A stretch of DNA of 64,000 bases, taken from the NCBI GenBank assembly GCA_965203295.1, contig CBDBCZ010000018.1:1120001-1184000 (forward strand), in the 5' to 3' direction. Of the stretch, positions 1-12,715 are shown in pieces. A program made the position numbers and the translations under genes. The DNA comes from Nitrospirales bacterium (GTDB lineage Bacteria > Nitrospirota > Nitrospiria > Nitrospirales > UBA8639). Below the pieces are notes generated by a model that worked only from the letters and a program-made list of their open reading frames with translations, searched no databases and was not told the DNA's origin. Within the stretch, counting starts at the first letter, position 1, and every line of letters begins with the position of its first letter.

Positions 1-150
1 CTGACAGAGGGGGTAGGAGTGTGTGTCCATCCTGGGATAATCCTGGGATAGTCACAGTTACTAGGGAATCCACGGATACTCTGACAGAGGGGGTAGGAGT
101 GTGTCCATCCTGGGATAAACCTGGGATAAACCTGGGATAGTCACAGTTGA
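1..150. repeat. ~80 bp tandem repeat (ctgacagagggggtaggagtgtgtccatcctgggat...) with internal cctgggata sub-repeats, probably part of an insertion continuing left of the window
   Basis: Unit starting ctgacagagggggtaggagt at 1 and again at 81. Confidence 0.7.
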
Positions 151-240
151 TAATAAGCACTTGGCTGGAAAGGGTGTATAGAAATATGAAGTTACTTTGG
201 ACACTAGACAACCTTTGACATGTCACGGCGTCATTGGACA

Positions 241-3200
241 TCCCTCTCAGCAATGTTGTTATCGTTAATATCTATTAAAACCGGTATACTTTCCTCTCCC
301 ACTGAGGGAGGAATCTCAACACGAAGATTAAATACCACTGTATAGTCAACACCACCTAAGGACAGGAGAGAAATCTGTAATTGGTCAGACTACTTATTAG
401 TTACTACCTATTGATCAGATATACATTTTAGGAACTTACTTGTAGCTACATTTGCGACTGAGAGTTGATGAGTGCTGAATAGTACCACAACAGCCTTAGA
501 GGTGGGAGTTCTTCTCACTACCTCAAACTGTACTGCTTCATCTGCTTCATTAATAGTATATATGACAGGGTGAAACTCTACAATGACCACTGGAATAAGA
601 ACAACAAAGAATCACAGTAATAGAATGCACGGTGTTGACTAGCTCTTATGAAATTGTTACAGACAGCTTCCAAATTATACACAATGCATAGTATCCACTA
701 TCAAGATTCTGAAATCACAACTTTACCTATAAGTAGTAACTAGGTAATAATTATGTCCATTTCCAGGAATATTTATGCCCTCATCGCAAGAAAAGTAGAT
801 ATGTTGTTAGCAAGGAGCATATTTTATATGGTATTCTCTTCATTGCTACATTGAATTTTCAAAGTACACAAAAGTTCCAAAAGTATGTTGTATCCATGAC
901 AAAGCTCAATTACTGTGTAATTTTTGTTCTGTAATGTACAACTTGCAAAGTTCCCTTGCAGTGGAAGAGCTGTTTAAACATCCTCATCTGTAGATAACTA
1001 AATTCATAGCTTTACAGCTATACTTACTGTCATTATCAATGATGGTGATAGTAGATGGTGGACCTGGTACCACAACGGGGTCATGCACTGTGATCTCTAC
1101 GATAAACTGTTCATCTCCCTCCATCACAAGAAAGTCATCAGTGATGTCTATATCAGTGCACACTACCATCTCATTGGCAGGAAAATTCAGTGTCACAGAT
1201 CCAGAAGTGAAGTCATCATCAGCTATAGCAGATAAGTTATAAGGTTGAATGAATAGGTAAAGAAACCACAAAAGAATATGAGAGCACCCTTGCAGAGTGC
1301 AGCAAATGATACTGTAGGTTCTAATTTACCTTCTGCTTCTGTTGGAATTGTTTCAGAAGAAGTGAAGGTCACCATAAAATCTCTAAGTGTTTGTCCAGTC
1401 TTCACTACACACACTGTCACAAAGCCTTCGTCCTCATCAACCACATAGTTGGTACTGTTGAAGTTTAAGCCCAACTCTGAATATTTATGTGTGAATTAAT
1501 ATGTATATGAGTGTGTGCGTGTGCATTTGTACTGTTTAAGGTTTAACTCTAAACAGAATGCATGTATACATACGTATACACATGTATGTATGAGTGTGAG
1601 TGTGAATATGAAAACGAGCACTAGTGAGACAATGCATGCATACATATTGGTAAATACAGAGAAAAGCATATGCCGAAGCTTACAAAGCATAGTGACCCTG
1701 GCAGTGGACTACATTTATTAGCTTACTCCTGAAACTCACTATCATCATCATCAACAATAAAAATCTGAGCATTTGCAAAGGGAGCACAGCCATAAGCAAG
1801 TGGGCCACCGAGAGTGACAATTAACCTTGACTCTTCTAGTGACAGCATAACTTGAACCTCTCCTGCTTCAGGTTCATTGTCATTTATATGACTTTAATAC
1901 AACTGCTAAATTTTGTTCATCAGATGAAACATCCCTTGATAGTTTTTCAAGTTGTCCTCTTCATATTAATCAACAGGAGTGTATAGCTACTGGTATAGAG
2001 AAGTTCTCTACATCAGTATGTGTTCCTCATGATCAGTCCATATGTAGAAACAAAAACAGACCAAGCTCTCTTACTGTATTGGTCTTGTAATCTAGTTTGT
2101 TGAACAAACTTTATTGTCATACGCACATGACTCCACACTAAGGTTAAAGAAATGTGTGTTAACAGTCATTGAATGTTTTACTATGGACCTAGTTTATTGT
2201 AATTTACACAACAGGAAAGACATGCATCCACTCCATAAAATTATTCATGCTGTGTACTCACGCCTGCAGGATGGTGGATTTGGTGAAAATATTGCAGTGT
2301 TAACATCCACTAGTGTGCATGTTGTGGTTGCACCTCTGATCAGCTCAAAGCTCGGGTCACAGGTGTAGGTAGCAGTGTCACCAACAGAGTTACCAGAGAT
2401 TGTCACCATACCATTGACAATGGCAGGCGGATCAGGACACAGTGCTGCAGAGCAAGATTTATCCAGATGATTTAGTTGATGCACTGAAACAAATGCACAC
2501 AGTCTCATTAACTTGACTCACGCCTGCAACCTGGTGGTGGCACTGATGGAAATGCAGCAGAGTCGTCATTTACTTGTGTGCATGTTGTCACTGGATCTCC
2601 GATCAATTCAAAGCCGGAATTACAGGTGTAGGTAGCAGTGTCACCGACGGAGTTGCCAGTGAATGTCATCATACCATTGACAATGGCAGGCGGATCAGGA
2701 CACAGTGCTGTAGAGCAAGATGGATGTAAATGATGTACATAGTAGTTCATACAGTGCCCAGTGTGCTAATTAGACAAAGTCATCTTCATAAGCGCATGAC
2801 TCCACACTGAGTTAGAAGAAAAGTGACATTCATGTATTAACAGTCACTGGCTGCTCAACCTACGTACTTATTGTGATTTGCACAACAGCAAAGGCATGCA
2901 GTCGTGCCATAAAGTTATTCAGGCAGTATGCATACTCACGCCTGCAAACTGGTGGATCTGGTGTAAATTCTGCAGTGTCAACATCTACTTCTGTGCATGA
3001 GGTGGTTGTAATTCCAATCAGCTCAAAGCCCAGGTCACAGGTGTAGATGGCAGTGTCATCAATAGAGTTGCCAGTGAATGTCTTCATACCATTGACAATG
3101 GGAGGCGGATCAGGACACAGTGCTGCAGAGCAAGATGAATGTAATTGATTTACATAGTAGTTCATACAGTGCCCAGTGTGTTAGACAAAGTCATTTTCAT

Positions 3201-4745
3201 AAGCGCATGACTCCACACTGAGTTTGAAGGAATGTGACATTCATGTATTAACAGTCAATGGCTGTTCTACCTACTTATTGTGATTTGCACAACAGAAAAG
3301 ACATGCAGTCATGCCATAAAGTTATTCAGGCAGTATGCATACTCACGCCTGCAAACTGGTGGAGCCGGTGAAAATTCTGCAGTGTTAACATCCACTTGTG
3401 TGCATGTGGTGGTTGTAATTCCGATTAAGACAAAGCTCGAGTCACAGGTATAGGTAGCAGTGTCACCAACAGATTTACCAGAGATTGTCAATATGCCATT
3501 GACAATGGCAACCGGATCAGGACACAGTGCTTATCATAATTATGTAAACCTAATCACTATTTCATGGATGCTAATATTTCTACTCTTTACACCACTAAAA
3601 AATCGTGAAAGTCTTGCAAAAACCCAAGCCAATAGCAAGGATGTAAATATGTGACCTTTTACCCCCTACTTCACTGCATGCCCACCTTTTACAGCAAGAT
3701 ATCATCAAACTAGAATAGTAATGGACTACCCACAGTACTCTAACTAAGTAAAGTAGAATATTTGTTTCCTAATTGAGTACTAAGTGTAAAGCTTTTAAGG
3801 AGGTATATAGTCAGGTTACTTACAGTCATTATCCATTATTTCAACGACAGTCAGATCTGGCTCCAAGAAAAAGTTTAGAGGTAGTCCATCTGGATGACTG
3901 AAAGGATCTGGAACTACCTGCACAGTAAAATTCTCAGTTGCTTCTAACAGATCATCCTCCTCAATAAACACTTCAATGCAAGCCCGGCTGTTGGTAGCAG
4001 TGATATCAGTAAAGAAAAGATCCTCAACCGTCAGTTCCTGATAGTCTCCAGGGTCTACATGATATAAAAAGAGTACGTCTAAAACCAAACGAGACCTGTG
4101 ATAGTAAGAATAACAAACCTGCAGCAGTGCCACGGATGGTAATTGCAGCAAGGGTGATACTGTTGTCTGGTGGAAATGTACTGCCTGTGACACTCAGAGT
4201 ACGAACACAGATTTCAAGAGCTCCCTGCCCTTCATTCACAGAAGTAAATGTTACTTCCCACCCAATTGACACAGTTGCTGCAAAAGAGATTCAACATTAT
4301 TGTAGTCTTATTAACTTACAGCATACCAACTAACCATCATCATCAACAATGAAAATCTGTGTAGTAGCAAAGAGAGTACTGCCATCAGGAAGTAGGCCAC
4401 CGAGATTGATATTCAACCCTGGTTCTTCTGCTGACATTTCAACACGAAACACCTCAAGTAGTTCAACTTCGTCATCATCAAGTAGTTCAAAGATATAGGA
4501 TAAGCTTTGCTGATCCGGTGAGAACCTGCGGAACTGAATCAGTTGAGTAATTATATCTCTGTTAAAATCCCGTTGATTAATATTTGCAGCACTTGGACCA
4601 CGTCCTGTAATTGTGTTGATTGTTATCTCAAACGTTAACTCGGACTGCTGATTGTTCCCTTTGATGACTGGGATTCTAGTTAGATCAGCAGTAGCATTTA
4701 ATTCAGAAACTGTGTAGCTGCTCTGTTGAAATCCAATTATGAGAC
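241..4745 (-). CDS. Partial multi-exon extracellular protein with several Calx-beta domains and four tandem sushi/CCP domains (aggregation-factor/adhesion-like)
   Basis: Calx-beta signatures (FxxxxYxVxE; IxDDxxxExxExFxV; TxxIxDND) in exons ~241-355, ~440-590, ~1028-1222, ~1330-1475, ~3822-4055, ~4119-4277 and 4335-4745 (411 nt open, AG/GT bounded, missed by the ORF track). Sushi exons 2262-2444, 2522-2707, 2940-3122, 3347-3529 (CPDPPxIVNG...ATYTCxxxFxLIG...C...C), all lengths multiples of 3 with GT-AG ends. Confidence 0.85.
1735..2030 (-). pseudogene. Degenerate duplicated Calx-beta exon (pseudo-exon) inside an intron
   Basis: 3' part (ctcggtggcc...cagatttttattgttgatgatgatg on minus) resembles exon 4335-4745 but has stops and frameshifts. 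Confidence 0.55.
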
Positions 4746-5435
4746 CTGTGTAAAAGAAGATTTAAGCAGCCAATATATCTATGGCCTCATACCCAACTGC
4801 AACAACAACTTCCACTTACAGGAAGAAAACCTGTGCAAAGTGATTTACGACCACATGATTAGCCTCGTTCCCAGGCTCTCTGCCCAGCTTTTTTTCGCAC
4901 GCATGATAGCAACCTCACCCACTTTTATACGAAGCAATATCATACTGTACTGATGTACGGTAAAAGTGCTTAGTTCTTGCACTATTGTGTTCCTCTACAA
5001 TATTTTTACCAGCCTGAGCGCACGCAGCGCGCGAACGGTTGGTCCTAAGATTGCTTTACGTTTTCCGCGTCTGTTTGTTTGTTTGTGCGTACACGTGGGC
5101 AGTATATTACGTCATACGTTACTATGCAACTGCAGTATATGGCAGCGTTTGGAGATTTGCAGGTGAAGCAGCAAACAATTGAAGGTAGTTGTGTGTTGTC
5201 TAGATGGCGAAAACTTGGTTGGCAGCCATAAAGCTCCGTGGCGTATAGCTACTAACTGGAAGCGCACGACAAAACTGCTGAGGCAGTACTTTCGCTGTAT
5301 TGCGTTCGGTTGCTTATCAGTTTCTAATTCTGCAGGATGCCTATTGTAGCATAGATACTATAATGAGGTGTTGTACCGCAACGTTTACATTATGTAAGCG
5401 TTTAAGGTTACGGGCTACTGACCTAGCCTCGAACC

Positions 5436-7860
5436 CCCGAAATGGGCCCCCCCCGTCCCCATATCGCTAGAGATATGGGGACGGGGGGGGGCGAAATCTC
5501 TAGCGATATGGGGACCGGGGGGGCGCGAAACGCTGGCGATATGGGGATCCTTTAGTGATTTAGGGACCCCTACAATGTCTGCTCTGATCCCGCTAACTGC
5601 ACTGTATCTTCAATGAATAAATATTTTAAAGACATGAATACATCTATTACAGCTCCAGGCAAGTGTTAGTGCAAGGTATTGTAGCAATGAATTCATACTG
5701 AGTCTTGTTCAGCATATTCTAATATGTAAGCTGAAGTATATACAGCACAAATACATGAAAGTGAAAGAAAGGCACCAGCTAGTCTATCTAGAGCATTCAA
5801 AACCAAGCATCAGGCAGTTGATGTTTCTGTAATCCCATACTTCTATTAGCTACAGCTCCAGGAGTTAGTGTAAGGTATTGTAGGGTTTAAAATTCATACA
5901 TGTTCAGAATGTTCAAATGAGAATATGTGTAATAAAGTGCACACCAACCATAAATATACATATAAGCAAAAGTCTACATACAGTTACTACAAAACCAAGT
6001 GACTGGCATTCGTGTTTTCTTTAGTCCCATACATTTAAAATGAAACCAAGTTCCACACTTGTCACACGCAATCATTTTTGAATCGTATGATTCCGGCAAG
6101 TTGCAAACGCAGTAGACGTGTACAAACAAGTGCTTTTTAGCACACCTTGTGGTCAAACCACATGCTGTGGGAAAGAGGGAAAGCTTCTTAAGCTCCAGAC
6201 ACTCCAACAAATGTTCTCGCATGCCCTCCTGGTTGAATACGATTGCCTCGAGGTCATCCCCCACAGCTGAGTGGTAAGCTGCTGCTATGCTGAACAAGCC
6301 ACAATCAGTATCCCCTTCTTGTTGCTGGACGGGAACGGCTGTCACCATGAGGAGGTTGTCTCTCACTGCTGGTCGATACAGCCGCACCAGTTGCTCCTCA
6401 GTGCTTGGAGAGAGGGTTCCGGAGAAGCAGCTGTCATACAGGAGAACTTCACCACCACGGTAGGCTGTCGCAATCCAATGGTGTCTCTCTGGGACGAAGA
6501 GTATTTGTACAGCTGCATGGGTGTTGTAGAAAACAAACAGATAAGGCCCCATCATTAGGAAACAGGCCATAGCAAAGATGAGACGAGAAAAGTAAAGTAG
6601 CAACAAAGACTAAGTATAAAGATCACAAACCTTCAGGGAAAAAGCCACTGCCCCCAGTGACAGGAGTGAAAGAGCCCATTGACTGTGAAAAGAGGGTTGA
6701 TTGCAGACCCTGTAGATGTGGGAATGCTTCCGCCAACAGCTTGTGTGCAGCATGCATATGCATGTCGGTGAGCATGCCTCCCTTCTCGATGATTACTCTG
6801 TCCCTGGTCTTCAGATCAAGATCCGCAACCCAGTACCCAGATTCCTGAAACAAATAAACAAGTAGTAAGTTAGCATAGAATATAGCATTCTACTAGCTAT
6901 ATATGTTGTTTTACATCAATCGGCTTCCTCTTTTTCGTCGGAGATTTCTGAACTTTTCTCTTTTTCATTGGTGGGTGCTCCTCAGAAGTCTGCTTCTTCT
7001 GTGCTGGTTTGTCTTGCTCTTTCTCCTCAATTTTTTTCTCAGGGGCTTTCTCTTTCTCTGGGTTGCTTTTCTTTTCATACACCTATTAGACACAGTGGAG
7101 AATGGCAAGTGACAAGTACTCCTCAATACAATACAATACAATACAAGACATTACCTTCAGTCGAGCAATGTTGCATTTTGTCTTCAGCACCTTTCCACTC
7201 GAATTTTTCAGCTCATACACTCCTTTTCCGAGATTTCGGTTAATAGTGTAAGGTCCAAGCCACCTGTCGCTGAGCTTTCCACCTTTTCGCTGTTTTTGTT
7301 GAGTGTTCTCCATCAATACCTCCATTCCAGGTTGCAGCTCCTACAGGGCAAAGAAAAATACTTAAGTGAGGCTGTGTGAAGGTTAGACTGCATAATATTA
7401 TGTATACCTGAGGAGCATGTCGCTTGTCATAATACTGCTTTTGGTATTCTTGAGCACTCCTGATGTTTTTCATCACCTCTGGTTTGAGGTCATCGCGAAC
7501 CTGCAGCATAGCCTGGATGTAGTCGTCCATGCCACCATCCCCATCCCCATCTTTACTAGAACCAGGCATGAGCTCAGTGTCGATTGGGAGTCGAGCTTCT
7601 CGGTGGTATAGCATAAAAAATGGGGAGTAGCCAGTGGTTCGGTGCTTGGCTGCCCGATAGCCAAACAGGATTGGGTCCAGCTTAAGGTCCCAATCGTCTT
7701 GGCTTTCGTTGACGAACTTCACCAGTGAGCGGCTGAGGGTTTGGTTGAACCGCTCGGTTAATCCATTGGTCTGTAAAAGATTAATGTAACTTGGAATGGC
7801 GGAAACTATATACACTGTTAAAAAAGGGGTGTTAACCAAACACCTTTAGGGGCGCTATAG
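5436..7860 (-). mobile_element. 5'-truncated Ginger1-like DNA transposon: spliced Gypsy-type integrase C-terminus + GPY/F module + Ulp1-like cysteine protease + PHD finger
   Basis: QTNGLTERFNQTL...GYSPFFMLYHREARLPID (integrase); KLSDRWLGPYTI (GPY/F); HHW...YDS...QQQEGDTDCGLF (C48-type H-D-Q-C); YCVCNLP...IACDKCGTWFHFKC (PHD). Short GT-AG introns separate the blocks. GC-rich subterminal repeats (ccccatatcgctag/ctagcgatatgggg) at 5450-5570. Confidence 0.8.
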
Positions 7861-8353
7861 TCGCCGTGAACACCAAGCTCCTCATGGGTTTGGAAAGATG
7901 TAGGGATGGTAGCTACGCGGTAAATGTGTGGGTAGTCTGTGCATGCATTACGGTGTGCACTGTCGCTTGTTTTATTGGTTTTTGGGGAAGTGTTTTTTGG
8001 TGGAAGTGCATCCCTACATGTCTTGATTTTGCACTTTTTGGCAAAGTGCTTTTTCTGTAACTTGAATTTATATGGGGGTTTCAATACTAGGCGTTTATAC
8101 TTTGTACAGGCTTTTCGGCTTCTTTAAGCTGTTTCTTATGGTTGGTAAAGGGTTAATCAAAAATCAAAAATGGGGAAATGCTCTTCTGTAAGGGTAGCTA
8201 TAGCTACACCAGCCTAAACTGTTCATGAGTACAAAATTTGAACCATATAGCTAGCTACATGGTAACCTATGAGTTTTCTCACACACTTATATACAATGCT
8301 GCATAGCTACTAGCCTGATGCATGTTGAGTCACAAACTGTAGAAATATATTTC

Positions 8354-9340
8354 TCAGTCCCACTCATAATCCCAGACAGGGCCACAAGTGCTGACTTTGT
8401 TATAGGGGGTCCACATAGTTTTCTTGGCATGCACCTGAAGTGCTTCCATGAGCTCTACAGCCTCAGATATCTTCTCTGGAGCTCCATTAAACGTGGCATC
8501 TAGGACACGTAGAAAGTTACGGTAGACGCGGTGGAATGCCTTGGCCTCTGTGTAGCATTTGGTGCCTGGTATGATATCGTCTTTGCTGGGGCTATCTCGC
8601 ATTGGCCATACTCCCGCTGGATTGTATGGAATTGGGAGGCCATCGTAGGCATAGCCATTTTCCGTTAAGATCAACCTCTTCTGGCACACAATCTCTTCAA
8701 AGCATACTGGCCAGTGATGGTGTCACTAGGGTTGAATGGATTTGCACCCTCGCCCTGCTCCACGATTTGGTCAATACCAGCCGTTGCTGCTTCAAAGCTT
8801 GTGACAATGTATACACTGCCAACATTAGTATCATCAGGCACTTGCCATGGCCATTGGACCTGTTTTTCTTCTGTTCCTGGGGGATATATGTCTTCACCAA
8901 GAATCTTCATGCAAGCACAGTTTTATTTCTTCATACAATTGTCCAATAGTGTTTAGTGTGTATTCTGGTTCAGGTCTACCAACAAAGGTCAGTGCAGGGG
9001 TTTCAGTAGCCATGAAGTTATTATATACACACAAAAGATCGAACTTCTTCAAGTTTACAGTCAGGTTTGGTAGTACTCCCCCTGGGAGACCAGTTGCAGG
9101 ATATGATGGAACAAACTCAGGATCATCAATCCTCACCGTTCCTCCAATTCCAATGAGCGTACTAGCTGCTTGAGTGTAGTGAAGCATTTCTTGCATTGCG
9201 ATATTCCTGATAAGGTGGTATGCCTCTACATTGCAGTGTTCCATAATGGAACAAAGAGCTGTCAGGTAGAGAGGAAGTGTGTAGAATTCGAGTTGTACTG
9301 CCTTCTGTAGTTGATCTCGTACGTTGTCAATGTTGCACAC
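8354..9340 (-). pseudogene. Frameshifted intronless ferritin-like domain gene (VioB/RebD/StaD C-terminal-like, PF12902-type)
   Basis: LQKAVQLEFYTLPLYLTALCSI, QEMLH...LIGIGG, TIGQLY, IVEQGEG motifs split across three overlapping ORFs (8894-9340, 8671-8910, 8354-8689). Confidence 0.75.
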
Positions 9341-9446
9341 TGGAACAAAGGGCTACCTGCACTGACCTTTGTTGGTAGACCTGAACCAGAATACACATTG
9401 CTCTACCCATTTCAGAATCTTCTTGGTCACTTCCGTATACTGACCC

Positions 9447-10017
9447 GGTATGAGGGAGAGAGGAGTATAAGGCTAGAATTTTGAAGTGGGAACGTGGCAA
9501 AGGTGGTTGAAGACAGCCTCATGGATCGTGTGAGAGTGGACCCTGTTACACTTTGCATGGGAACGTCCAGATACGTCCAGCACGGTATTACGGAAGACCG
9601 CTGCAACCCGTTTTATGTGGCTCAGGGGGCATGTTCTCAGAGAGAAGGTCACCTTAGGGAAGGTGAGACAGGAGTGGAGTAGAGTCATTTGAATTTGGTA
9701 GCTTGGATAGGCCGTCGTTGACTTTCTCCACCCTCTGTAGGACAAAACCTCCCGGAGAGAAACTGGGCCAAAAGGGCAACCTTGGAGGGAGAAACCACCC
9801 CTGCTGATTGGGATCTTAAGCGGGAGTTAGTTAGGTGTAGGAGAAGTATTGACTGGGACATATAGAGGAGTGACTTGGCTCGATTGAGGTGGAGCTCATG
9901 GGAAGGACCTTCCTCTTCCACGATCTTTGGGGCAGCGGCCAGGTCACCAGGGGAACCACAGAGGGTGCCGTCATCTAGGTACCAGGTACTGATCTGCCAG
10001 ACAACAGCTTTGATCTT
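9447..10017 (-). mobile_element. Degenerate CRE-like non-LTR retrotransposon fragment (RT region)
   Basis: WYLDDGTL, LHLNRAKS and LLxSCLxFPKVTFSLRTCP motifs with frameshifts; longer copy at 38.6-39.5 kb. Confidence 0.75.
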
Positions 10018-10034
10018 CTCTTTTGTTTAAAATC

Positions 10035-10245
10035 GGAGACCTATATTACTGTCCAGTATAGTATTGAAGCTGCAACTGAGTTAAACCTGGCTGGGCTAAC
10101 CCTTTAAAGGGTTAAAGTAACCATTTTGTTTTGCCAGTTAGTATGAAATAAGTATTTTTTCTTTGCAAACGCAAAAAGATTACTTTAACCAAGCTAGGTT
10201 TAACTCAGTTGCAGCTTTAATACTATGCTTGACAATAAGGTCTCC
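10035..10245. mobile_element. MITE-like foldback with ~60 bp imperfect terminal inverted repeats (second copy ~39516-39726)
   Basis: ggagacc...tagtattgaagctgcaactgagttaaacct pairs with aggtttaactcagttgcagctttaatacta...ggtctcc. Confidence 0.7.
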
Positions 10246-11363
10246 AATTTAAAAAAAAAGACTAAATTAATTATAAGCAAGATCATGAAGGTATATGTAG
10301 CTGTGTAGTTACAATTACAGGAATGCTAAAAGTGCAGCTACACTGTTATCCATCAAATTTACATGTAGCTATACTGCTGCACTTGTAACATTACTGGTGA
10401 CCTAACATAATTTGCCATTCTGCCTGAAATTGGAGTAATATTAGCTGCATAATGTTGGGCAAGTGATGTAATTGATCTGCGTGTATACACATTTTTAATA
10501 GTAAGCTTAGTTGCTACTGACTAAGAAATAGCCCTAGCAGAGTAAAAACAAACTGCTTGTTTCTGCAGTGTTGGTTGAGCGAAGAGTTATATTTGTATCC
10601 TTTTGAAATAACACAACTAGTAGGATTCGAGCCACCCTTCTACCTGGGACTGAAGATCAACTGGGAGGACTACAGGTAGTTAAATGATTAGTAGCCAAAT
10701 TATTAATTATAGCTGTATGGGCAGTGAACTGGTATTCTGTGTTGATAAACGTGGATCCCTGGGCTACAGGGACTACCTGTATACAAGAAGTGTATGGTAC
10801 TGGTGGTGTGAGTTAGTCAGTGAGCACTTAAAAGTCAAAAAAGTGTCATGTGAAGGCAATACCTCACACGAAATGAAAATGTGATTATTTTCATCAGGTA
10901 GCATCGCAAATCGCGTCTAGTACCCTTACCCCTCCCGCAAAATGCAGGTGCTGCATCATATCTGACAGTGATGAGGACAGTTACTTGTTTACTACTTGTG
11001 TACAGGTAGTTAGAAAGGGGTGTCAGTCAATTATCCATTGCCCTGGCTCTTTAGCATGATTAGTATACTAAAAAATACTATGTACATGAATGAACGTAAA
11101 ATAAAAGACTGTCCTTCAACAAGCTTGAATGCTAAACGACTTGGCTTTTGCCTAATGGCTGGCTTGGTATTATCTGCTATTGCATGCTGTCCACTCTTGT
11201 ATATATGCCCTATTAATGGTATGTGAAAATCTGTTTATACTTTTGGTTTTCAGTTACTGTACTTTCTCCAAATGATAAGAATATAGCAGTGGACTGCTAT
11301 GTAGAGATCTCTGTCATGTCAATCACTCAATTGTTTGCTTGCATGTGCAAGGGAACACATTAA

Positions 11364-11506
11364 CCCTTTACCAATCATAAAAAACAGCTTAAAGAAGCAA
11401 AAAAGCCTGTACAAAGTATTAACGCCTAGTATTAAAACCCCCATATAAATTTATATGGGCTTATGGAAGCTCATGACGCATATATGCGGCATTGATTGGT
11501 AAAGAG
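11364..11506. mobile_element. piggyBac-type MITE (related copies or fragments at ~8060-8155, ~19003-19143, ~45655, ~53573)
   Basis: TTAA flanks at 11360-63 and 11507-10; TIR ccctttaccaatca / tgattggtaaagag. Confidence 0.7.
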
Positions 11507-11660
11507 TTAATAAAAGACAATGAACCAGAGTGGCCTAACCCCAAATATACTTACCCCACCCAAATTTGAGAATACTTGAAAAAGCTATTTATAGCTACTG
11601 CAATGTAAAAAGATTTCTGTAACCTATATGCAGTGGGTATACTCAGTTACAGTCTGGCTA

Positions 11661-12108
11661 CAAAACAATGTGCTTAAGTGGATAATGTAGCACCGCAGTT
11701 TCTTAAATTTCGGAAGGAATGAAATGCCCATTGAGACAATTATCCCCACTGTGTTTAGTTTGGTTTCCTTGAGTTATGTGATACTTTGCTATGCCCCTAA
11801 CTGTGCATGCTTTGGTGCTTGCTGTATGTAACTGAGGCAACCGTGTGTGGTTTAAAGTATTTTGCAGAATGCCAGAATACAAACACAAGTCTAGCAACAA
11901 AACAATGTGCTTATGTGGATCACTATAGCACCGTAGTTTCTTAAGAATGAAATGTCCATTGAGACAATTACCCCCACCAGGCTTTGTTTGGATTCATGTA
12001 ATGCTATGCCCCTAACTGTGAATGCTTTGGTGCGGGGCTGTATGTAACTGAGGCAACCGTGTGTGGGTTAAAGTATTTTGCAGAATGCCAGAATACTAAC
12101 ACAAGACT
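11661..12108. repeat. Two-copy local tandem duplication (~210-235 bp)
   Basis: caaaacaatgtgctta...gcagaatgccagaatac.aacacaag occurs twice in succession. Confidence 0.8.
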
Positions 12109-12715
12109 AAACCCTGCAAATTTAAACTTATACCCCTTCCAAACTTGAGAATGCTCTTAAAATGTGTTTCAAGAGCTACTCATTGACAAAATCTAATCTA
12201 AGTCATACGGTATTTACATCTTTAGAATTTTTATGCGTAATTCAAGCAATTTCCAATAATTATTATTTGGGTTTGACCACCCAAGTTCTTAGCCCTTCTA
12301 TTATTTGCTGGAAGCTGAAGCAAAATGCTAGTTTGGGTGGACACACACTGCTATCATCGTACATACACTGCTAGTCTGGGCAGACAGAAACTGCCAGGTG
12401 ATTACGCTGGCCATACACTATCAGCTAGCAGATTTTGTCCCCGTACCGATTTTTCTGCTCAGGTTTTTTCTGCTCAGGTTCTTGGTAGCTGAGGCTAATC
12501 ACAGGCTATTTTGATTAAAATCAACTTTATTCATAGCTGATGAAGCGAAAAATTGTATATATACATGTATAGTTAGCTAAATGGTACCATCTGGAAACTG
12601 GTTACAGTTGTTCGTTTACATCTATACCCCTCCCATTTTATGCAAGTAACTCAGACCTCATATTAGCCTCATTTGTAATCTTCTTTTTTATTTTCGGAAA
12701 CAAAAAAGCTTTCTT

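Noticed and set aside
5003..5100. Helentron/HINE-like 5' end (tttttacc...short inverted repeat...gtttgtttg)
   Set aside because: No matching 3' end could be located, so the element cannot be delimited or classified with confidence
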